From Octopus sinensis (lineage: Eukaryota), in assembly GCF_006345805.1 (NCBI RefSeq), contig NC_043010.1, forward strand, positions 63,550,001 to 63,614,000: a stretch of DNA of 64,000 nucleotides. Reading direction: 5' to 3'. The notes below the pieces were generated by a model. That model had not been told where the DNA came from. It saw nothing but the letters and a program-made list of their open reading frames with translations, and did not search any database. A program made the translations under genes and the position numbers. Below, piece after piece: positions 1 through 8,709 of the stretch. Every line of letters begins with the position of its first letter. Positions within the stretch are counted from its first letter, which is position 1.

Positions 1-139
1 CATACAAATATATATATATGTATGGCTGAAACCAGTAAAAGTGAAAGATACACACACACACACATAGACAGTATACATATACACACACATACAATATACA
101 TACACACACACATATGGTTGAAACCAGTAAAAGGATAAA

Positions 140-171
140 AGGTATACATATGTGTGTGTGTATATATATAT

Positions 172-226
<55 letters not shown>

Positions 227-286
227 CATATATATATATATATACATATATTTATACATACACATATATATGTATACATACATATA

Positions 287-342
<56 letters not shown>

Positions 343-352
343 ATATATATAT
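140..352. repeat. (TA)n/(TG)n compound microsatellite
   Basis: Direct reading; source of the spurious YIYI ORFs. Confidence 0.95.
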
Positions 353-710
353 AAACACATACATAAATGCACACATATTGAGAGAGGACGGATTTGTATC
401 AATAGTTTTTATATCGGTACTTTCATCTACCAAAACTATATATCCAAAAACAACTAAGCACACTGCTGCTGCTGCTACTACTACTACTACTACTACTACT
501 GCTGCTGCTTCTACTCTCTCCACGCAGACACACTAAAATCTCTGGTGTGGTCATTGATTCACAAACTCAGTGATGGGTAGCCAACCACCTCTAATCGAGC
601 CTGTCAGATATTGACTAAGCACCCCTTACTCTCCCTTCTTGCAGTCACTACCCATACCACTTCATACAGTTAGAATATCGCATTTTACCTTACACAACAG
701 ATATCACCTT

Positions 711-823
711 GTCTGTCTATCAATCTATCTATCTATCTGTCTATCTATCTATCTGTGTCTGTCTGTCTATCTATCTATCAATCTATCTATTTGTGTCTGT
801 CTATCTATCTATCTATGTCTGTA

Positions 824-880
<57 letters not shown>

Positions 881-990
881 ACCTGTCTTTCTGTCTATTT
901 GTGTATGTCTGTCTATCTAACTCTCTCTCTATCAGTCTGTCTGGCTTGGTCTATCTTTCTGATTTAGTGTATCAGTCTGTCTGTCTGTAT
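711..990. repeat. (CTAT)n/(CTGT)n tetranucleotide microsatellite
   Basis: Direct reading. Confidence 0.9.
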
Positions 991-1402
991 TTTGCTTTTA
1001 CAAAATAGTATGCTGTGATTTGAGGAAAGATTTGACTGCTATTTCTAGGAGTTGAGCAATTGTATATAGTTTTCCTTGCTGGGTTTTTGGGTGAACTTTG
1101 AGATGTGTAATATAGATGAACAACTGTCATAGAAGACTTAGAGAGATGTGGCATACAGTAGAGGAAACAGAAGTGAAGTGGAAAGAACCCCCAAAAACCT
1201 TTATCTTCCAAGCTGCTCTAGGATGAGACAATGCTCAGCTATTTTCTCAAACCAGAATTTTGTAACAGAAAATCCTTGATATCAACTAATATATTGACAG
1301 GCGTAGATATGTGGTAAGAAGTTTCATGGTTTTAGGTTCAGTCTCACTGCATGGCTACTACTATAGCCTTGGGTCAACCAAAGCATTGTGTTTGGATTTG
1401 GT

Positions 1403-1434
<32 letters not shown>

Positions 1435-1437
<3 letters not shown>

Positions 1438-1654
1438 AGACCCCTCTGGCACCTGTGCAGGTGGCACGTAAAAAACACCCACTACACTCGCGGAGTGGTT
1501 GGCGTTAGGAAGGGCATCCAGCTGTAGAAACACTGCCAGACTAGACTGGAACCTGGGGCAGTCCCTAGCTCCCCAGACCCCGGTCGAAACCGTCCAACCC
1601 GTGCTAGCGCGGAAAGCGGACGTTAAACGATGATGATGATGATGATGATGATGA
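1435..1654 (+). mobile_element. 5'-truncated 3' end of an RTE-clade LINE with (GAT)n tail
   Basis: ggtggcacgtaaaaaacaccc...ggaagggcatccagctgtagaaac...cggacgttaaac(gat)n; the same sequence is the 3' UTR of the ORF-bearing copy at 12420-13303. Confidence 0.8.
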
Positions 1655-1695
1655 TATATATATATATATATATATAAAATAAATAAAAAAAAAAG

Positions 1696-2078
1696 GGGGC
1701 GCAATGGCCCAGTGGTTAGGGCAGCGGACTCACGGTCATAGGATCGCGGTTTCGATTCCCAGACCGGGCGTTGTGAGTGTTTATTGAGCAAAAGCACCTA
1801 AAAAGCTCCACGAGGCTCCGGCAGGGGATGGTGGTGATCCCTGCTGTACTCTTTCACCACAACTTTCTCTCACTCTTACTTCTTGTTTCTGTTGTACCTG
1901 TATTTCAAGTGGCCAGCCTTGTCACTCTCTGTGTCACGCTGAATATCCCCGAGAACTACGTTAAGGGTGCACGTGTCTGTGGAGTGCTCAGCCACTTACA
2001 TGTTAATTTCCCTAGCAGGCTGTTCCGTTGATTCGGATCAACCGGAACCCTCATCGTCGTAACCGACGGAGTGCTTCC
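1696..2078 (+). mobile_element. tRNA-derived SINE family A (~385 bp)
   Basis: A box tggcccagtgg, B-box-like ggtttcgattccc; near-identical copies at 27407, 41995 and 59248; A-rich target duplication aaaataaaaaa on both sides. Confidence 0.9.
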
Positions 2079-2086
2079 ATCCATCC

Positions 2087-2349
2087 AAAATAAAAAAGGG
2101 GGAAAAAACTACAGAAGGCTTGTGTTATATGGTTAAAGAATATATTTAAGTCGTTATGTTAGAAAAATGTTATAAAATTTTGTGTAAAGTAACATAGTTT
2201 TTGGAGAAATAACCGGTTTCATATTTTCTTTTCAAAAACTATGTTACTATACACAAAATTTTATAACATTTTTCTAACATAACGACTTAAATATATTCTT
2301 TAACCTTATAACAAAAGCCTTCTGTAGTTTTTTCACTCTTTTTTATTTT
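2087..2349. repeat. Long inverted repeat (fold-back), arms ~2087-2203 and 2233-2349
   Basis: Core ~100 bp arms are reverse complements with 3 mismatches; 29-nt spacer. Confidence 0.92.
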
Positions 2350-2390
2350 TCATACATCCAACCATGTGCTTTCACACACCAACTCTCTCA

Positions 2391-2432
<42 letters not shown>

Positions 2433-2616
2433 ACTGCCCGAAATGGTCATGACTTCTGGTACTTGACTGAGGAAAGAAAGCCACGAATGACCCATCTTTT
2501 TTTGCCTGTCCTTCTAATTGTTGTTTCTCTTGTCTGCCTTTGTATCGTCTGTCTGTCCGAATGTTTTAATGTCCTCTGTAGCGTTTTTGCTCCATTTATA
2601 TATATGTATATATAAA

Positions 2617-2684
2617 TGATCGTCTAGTGGTTAGGACCACACATTGTGGCCGTGGTAACCCAGGTTTGAATCCTGGTCACGGCA
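2617..2684 (+). pseudogene. tRNA-His(GTG) pseudogene, 5'-truncated
   Basis: tgatcgtctagtggttaggacc...ttGTGgccgtggtaacccaggtttgaatcctggtcacggca matches the metazoan tRNA-His pattern; lacks the 5' GCCG, has T-loop TTC->TTT and anticodon-stem mismatches. Confidence 0.8.
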
Positions 2685-2773
2685 GCCTCCCTATAATTTA
2701 AACGGCGGTGCATCAGCATGGCCACAGCTCTGAGCTGAAACTAGAGAAAAAAATATATATATACATCTATCTA

Positions 2774-2825
<52 letters not shown>

Positions 2826-3185
2826 CATATATATATCTTCTACTATAATAATACTCTTGTGTTTTCTCTGTCACTACATATGAATGAGAAAGGAAAGAGT
2901 GATAGAGGAATAAGGAAGATAGTGGTGCTGGCAAACTGGCAGTGGGAGCATTTCAACTCTGCGTGAGTATATGTATGTATGTGTGTGCATGTACAAGGGA
3001 AGTATGGGAACGTTTGCATGTGTGAACCAGCGTTCTTTCAGTAGCAAACGATGATTGATGTCACATCTCAAAAGACAACCACTAGATAACATTGATAAGT
3101 TTGTTAATTTGATTTACCATCCATATTTATATATACAATACTACAATTAGCCATCATTTATGATGGCACAAAGCCAGCCTTTATA

Positions 3186-3294
<109 letters not shown>

Positions 3295-3369
3295 TGTGGT
3301 TGGCCAATTCAGAAGTTTACAACCTAAAGGCAGAAATATATATGGCACTAAAGTGAACATGGGCACTAA

Positions 3370-3763
3370 TCAACACCAGTATTGCTAGAAATAAGAGTCA
3401 AAACAGTTCAATACCAACAAAAGCACTGTCTTAATGAACTGACAAGGGAGGCAAGCCCCCAGTGGTTGCAGATACAGCCAGCTCATCAATGACTTCACCT
3501 TCTGATGCTTAATGCATCTTAACGCTCATCAGTGGCTCTCACCGTGCCTATAAGCTGACAAGATGAGATGAGTTTAACCCTTGGTGTGGTGAGAGCCACT
3601 CATGAACATTAAGATACATTAAGCATCAGAACACAAAATTATTGATGATCTGGCTGTATCTGCGACCATAGGGAGCCTGCCTCCCTTGTCAGTTCATTAA
3701 GATAGTGCTTTTGTTGGCTATTGAGCTGTTTTTGGCTCTTATTTCTAGCAATACGGGTGCTGA
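3370..3763. repeat. ~390-bp imperfect fold-back element
   Basis: Arms ~3370-3545 and ~3587-3763 are reverse complements (e.g. gtattgctagaaataagag / ctcttatttctagcaatac). Confidence 0.9.
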
Positions 3764-3851
3764 CTGACAAAGGGTAAGTTACTAGAAACTGGTCGGGAAC
3801 TGAGATATTTTGGGAGAGCAGAATACTAATGTATTCTTTGCTTCTGTGTGA

Positions 3852-3889
<38 letters not shown>

Positions 3890-4131
3890 GAGTGGAAATT
3901 CAGACAAAGGAGTAGTAATCGAGGGTGGTATTACACACAAATATATGGATCACGTATTTATGTATTCAAAAACACTGTTAAAAGTAAAACACCTTTTGTG
4001 GCAAACTTTAGCAGGAAGAAGCTTCCGGTTAAATTGGGAAGTAAGAATTGCCATTGCTGAGTACAAACGGAAATGGGTATTCAATTCTGTTCTCTCTCTC
4101 TCTCTCTCTATGTACGTATGTATATATATAA

Positions 4132-4165
<34 letters not shown>

Positions 4166-4302
4166 ATGTATATTTATGTGTATGTATGTATATATATATT
4201 CATCATCATCATTATCATTGTTTAACGTCTGCCTTCCATGCTGGCATGGGTAGGACGGTTTGACAAGAAGTCCTGTACCCACACACACACATATATATAT
4301 AT

Positions 4303-4500
4303 TACGGAGATGTACTTGCATAGCAAGTGACCTGATCTGAGATCATGTGCTGGAACGAAAGCAATTGCAGCGTGGAAGGTGTTTATAAGCCATTTAAGAA
4401 ACACACAAAAACCGTTAGATTCATTTCAACATTTAAATTTAATTTGTCAAAATATTTTCGTCGCTTTGAGACCGTGACCTGTTCACTGACAAAATTTCGT
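4303..4500 (-). mobile_element. Penelope-like pLTR fragment carrying a minimal hammerhead motif
   Basis: TA-flanked ~200 bp segment; type I hammerhead architecture at 4443-4493 on the minus strand. Confidence 0.55.
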
Positions 4501-4745
4501 TTATATATATATATTATTTATATTATTATTTAATTGATGCTACACATCCATTTCCAAGTAAGTTTATCTTAATCTTTTTGATGCAACTCTACTCCATTCT
4601 ATTTTCTCCCCCATCTTTCTCTAATTCCCTTTTCCTCCCCTTCACCATTTACTATCTGTCTCTCTCTCTCTCTTTCTTCCCCTCTTTCTCTTTTTCTCTC
4701 TCTTGTTTCTCACATGTGACCATCATCCATCTTTCTTCTCCTCAA

Positions 4746-5140
4746 GTTGGACCTAAGAAGCATCAGTTGTGGTATACAAGAGAGATGATTGCGCTGGTAT
4801 GGTCATGTGGCGAGAATGGATGAAGTTAGCTGTGTAAAAAAGTGCCACACCCTAGCAGTTGAGGAAACCTGTGGAAGAGGTAGACCCAGGAAAGCCTGGG
4901 ACAAGGTGGTGAAGCATGATCTTCGAACATTAGGCCTCACTGAGGCAATGACTAGTGACCGAGACCTTTGGAAATATGCTGTGCATGAGAAGACCCAGCA
5001 GGACAAATGAAACCATAACCCATGGCCTTTACCAGGATGTAGCCAGCCCACTTATGCATACCTTTCCTTCTTTGGACACAAAACTCTGCTTGCAAAGACC
5101 TGTTGAGGCAAGTGAAATCGAAATTGAATTCGAAATCGAA
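4746..5140 (+). mobile_element. RTE-clade LINE, ORF C-terminus and start of 3' UTR
   Basis: LRWYGHVARMDE...GRGRPRKAWDKVVKHDLRTLGL...DRDLWK, typical RTE C-terminus; second copy at 12420. Confidence 0.85.
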
Positions 5141-5582
5141 CCTAATTCGTTTCTCTCTATGAAATTTATTCACAAGGTATTGGTTAGCTTCGGTTTATAG
5201 TTGAAGATATTTGTGCAATGTGTTGCACAGTGAGAGTGAATCCCAAACCACATGGTTAGAAAGAAAGCTTCTTTATTTTTTCATTTCTATTTTGTTATTT
5301 GTTGATCTGCTGAGATTAGAAGAAGATGAAGTAACCCCAATCTTTGCAAGCCTTCTGGGAACCACACTTCAAAGAAGTTCAGGACTCCTTCAAACAGCTG
5401 ACCTCTGACAAATTCCACCCAGGAAAGATGATAAAGCTCTTGGATTCTACAAGTTCAAAGATAAATAGTCAGCTTAGTAATTCCTTGAGTTATTTAAATT
5501 CATTTGAATGATCAGACAAATTCCTTGGATCTAGGTAAATCCAGGAAGCTAAGAACCTTATATAAAGTCTTTGCAGTAAAAA

Positions 5583-5813
5583 GGCGTCGAGCTGGCAGAA
5601 ACGTTAGCACGCCAGGCGGAATGCTTAGCAGTATTTCGTCTGCTGCTACGTTCTGAGTTCAAATTCCGCCGAGGTCGACTTTGCCTTTCATCCTTTCGGG
5701 GTCGATTAAATAAGTACCAGTTATGCACTGGGGTCGATATAATTGACTTAATACATACGTCTGTCCTTGTTTGGCCTCTCTGTGTTTAGCCCCTTGTGGG
5801 CAATAAAGAAATA
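5583..5813 (+). mobile_element. tRNA-derived SINE family C (~230 bp)
   Basis: ggcg(g/t)cgagctggcagaa...gagttcaaattcc...gactttgcctttcatcctttcggggtcga; 16-bp TSD ataaagtctt(t/a)gcagt at 5562-5577 and 5814-5829. Confidence 0.88.
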
Positions 5814-6113
5814 ATAAAGTCTTAGCAGTTTTTCTGATAGAGGCATTTTGGTCAAGTTTTTGAATTCCTTCATTCTCCTGAAAATAGTCTGACTCTATCT
5901 TCTTACATTCCTTATACATTTACTTCCTGGAGAGAGAGAGTTTTTTCTGTTAATCAACAGTTTATGTGAATTATGCATTTTTCCAATGAAGTTGTGTGTC
6001 CTTATCATAGAACTAATCTTGATGTTTCCATATTGGGTGTCTTGATGACTTCAAAGATTGCAATGCAGATAGTACTTCTGTAGGATTTCTATGAGGCTGA
6101 ATGTCTAAGGATT

Positions 6114-6334
6114 TTAACCCTTTCATTACCAACCTGGCTGAAACCAGCTCTGCGTACAAGTGTCTTGTTTCCATAAGTTTTGAATTACAATCTTCCACCA
6201 AACCATTAGTCACAATTTATGTTCCTAACACTAGCTGAATGATAACTAATTTATTTTATAATTCTTTGTTATATTTAAAGTAATTGAAAGAAACACAGAG
6301 CATCTCAACAGAAATATGGTAACAAAAGGGTTAA
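6114..6334 (+). mobile_element. piggyBac-like MITE family 1
   Basis: TTAA-CCCTTT...AAAGGG-TTAA termini. Confidence 0.85.
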
Positions 6335-6357
6335 AATATACATTAGAGAAACAATTC

Positions 6358-6586
6358 TTAACCCTTTCGTTACCAACCCAGCTGAAACCGGCTCTGGCTC
6401 TGTAGTACAAGTGTCTTGTTTTCATAAGTTTTGAATTACAATCTTCCACCAAACCTTAGTCACAATTTATGTTCCTAACACTAGCTTAATGATAACCAAG
6501 TTATTCTACTAAATTCTTTGTTATATCTAAAATAATTGAAAGAAACACAGAGCATCTCAACAGAAATACAGTAACAAAAGGGTTAA
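6358..6586 (+). mobile_element. piggyBac-like MITE family 1 (adjacent second copy)
   Basis: TTAA-CCCTTTCGTTAC...GTAACAAAAGGG-TTAA. Confidence 0.85.
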
Positions 6587-7011
6587 AGGATGGCAGTGTA
6601 AATGATGTGTCTGAGAGATATCCAAGAAGCTTTGCTGACAACTAAGATCTCAACTGAATCAATAATGATTCAAACTGCTCCGATGGGAATTCATGGGGTG
6701 CATTCTGAACATTTGGGATACGAACAATAATGTATCTATTCATTCTCAATATGTTCTGGCAAGTTTGAATGCACAATGCCGGTTGCTGTTGTTTTGTCAA
6801 CAGAGAACACCAACACATGTGTTATTGAACACACACTGTCGAAAGAGAGGTGTTCTCCAACAACAAAATCAACAGCGATCAGTTATTCCCATTCAAATCT
6901 GCCGGAATGTTTTGAGACTGAATTGGTTATTGTTTCTCTGATGACTCCCCCTCCCCTTATTGTTGAATTTAGGAGACAAGACATTGATTTGTCCAAGAAT
7001 ATCTGAGCTTA

Positions 7012-7219
7012 TTAACCCTCTAACATTTAAACCAGCCACATATGGCCAAAATATTCTACCTACCATATGTTCAAATTAGCCAGATCCAGCTTCTCACACT
7101 TACCCTACAATGTCATTCTAAAAGTAAACAATCACATCATTGAAATCTGCTATGATATAATGCATGATTACTTCGAAGCTGTATAAATTTGACAGAATAA
7201 CCTGACGCTAAAGGGTTAA
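7012..7219 (+). mobile_element. piggyBac-like MITE family 2
   Basis: TTAA-CCCTCTA...TAAAGGG-TTAA; related copies at 51481 and 55132. Confidence 0.8.
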
Positions 7220-8569
7220 GCAGTTTTTCTCTTTTTCTTGGAAGATTAAAAGAAGTTTTGCTTTATAGTAGAGTAAGGTCTGAAATATGGCGGGGACATT
7301 GACACCTGCTTGTTAGGCAGAAGCTCTTCTCACCTTGCTTTCCATTATTACATAATCAATCAAATGACAATCCATGGATTTGGGATGCATCTGACTTGTT
7401 AGATGATGTTTGGAGGCTGTCCGGAAAGCATAGAGTGAGAACTTATGGCAGTGATTCATGTTCGGTGATCATTTCCATGTGAAGAATTGAAGTCCTTTAT
7501 GAAGACAAGTTTGTCAGGATAACAGAAAAATATGTATTGGTAGAATTCGTTGATATCCTTGCTCAGGGCAGTTCATGCTGGGACATAACAACAGCGACAT
7601 GTTTAACTTCACGAGAGATTTTATCTCGGTCAGTAAACACACTTACCCCACATTCTCTCTCTCTCTCTGTATGTATATATATATAAATATGTTTCCTGGG
7701 TATTCTAAGTAGAGTACATCACACTACCATAGATGGTAAATTTCCTTTGGAATAAATTCTGTTTTTGGAGTTTCGTAATATATATTCTGGTAATTTTTTG
7801 TTCGCATCTAAAAATACACACTCGAGAATCAAGATTAAATGAGGTTGAAATCGTGTTATATATAAAGAGAGCTAGCTCAATGTTTATATTCGTAGCAGAG
7901 TAGAGAAGCATAGTCACAACAACAACCACCATACACCACTTAAAAATAAGTTTATATTAGCCATCTGAAGTTTACATCAAACATACACTCTGTGTGTGTG
8001 TGTGTGTGTGAAATATATGTAACTGAATAATGTTACTTCTTGCAGTTGGTTACGAAGTGTCCAGCCGCAAGATAGAAACTCGGAGTTAATTGCCAACGTA
8101 ATCTGTTATAATAAATATACTCTATTATGTCCTTTTGGCTTATTGAGTTCTTTGTGTAATTTAAAGTTTCTTGATGCAGCGCATTATCCTAATTTTCATA
8201 TATAAAGTTCCTATCAACTTTTTCTTAGAACTTATTTGTGAAAGTGTGTGAGTGCTTGTGTGTATGTGTGTGTGTGTATGTGTATGTGTGTGTGTGTGTA
8301 AGTATAAGTTTAGTATATGAATGTGTGTGTATATGGAGATCGTATTTCGTTAACACGCTTTCATCTATAAAAGTTGTATGTGAAAGGAGGGAGTGAAAGA
8401 AAGAGATAGGAAATCAGGGACAGAGAGATAGAGACAGAGACAAAAAGCAATGAAGAAGAGAGAGAGAGAGAGAAGGGGGAGAGAAAGAGATAAAGAAAGA
8501 AAAAACAACAACAACAAAGAATGAGATAGAAAGAAGAGAGAGAGGGAGAGAGTGTTATATTAAAGCTGG

Positions 8570-8709
8570 TGTGTTGCTGAAGAGAAGAGGTGGTCGACTC
8601 ATTCACCATCGCCGCCGCCATCATCACCGCCGTTGCCGAGAGGGAGAAGGAGAGAAACTGTTACCGTTTATAATAATGGCTGGCCGTCGCCTGGCTTCCA
8701 AAGGTGAAC
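8570..8709 (+). promoter_or_regulatory. Candidate first exon / TSS region of the + strand ZNF gene
   Basis: Locally CpG/GCC-rich, follows a GA-rich tract, YY1-like aataatggc at 8672-8680, AAG|GTGAAC donor-like site after 8703. Confidence 0.5.

Larger units (their letters stand above)
5270..7630 (-). mobile_element. Highly degraded RTE LINE (endonuclease and RT remnants), interrupted by younger elements
   Basis: Minus strand ~7345-7395 reads QMHPKSMDCHLIDYVI (RTE APE motif WMHPRSKHWHLIDYVI); weaker FLGG...RRLAKI remnant near 5330-5430; boundaries approximate. Confidence 0.55.

Noticed and set aside
114-1008. ORFs rich in YI/IY and LSIY
   Set aside because: Translations of (TA)n and (CTAT)n microsatellites, which lack stop codons
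1696-1770. tRNA-like heads of SINE families A, B and C as real tRNA genes
   Set aside because: No complete cloverleaf; they continue into shared SINE bodies, several with TSDs
1777-2031. Recurrent ORF MVVIPAVLFHHNFLSLLL... (also at 27539, 42077 and 59294)
   Set aside because: Internal to SINE family A; recurrence reflects repeat copies, not a gene family
7640-7655. Minus-strand GTAAG donor suggesting a divergent gene (similar site near 41970)
   Set aside because: An isolated 5-6-mer with no supportable exon or acceptor partner
8676-8703. MAGRRLASK resembles the N-termini of ATP synthase subunit d (MAGRKLALK) or UBE2L3 (MAASRRLMK)
   Set aside because: Only nine residues, and no matching downstream exons were found in the window
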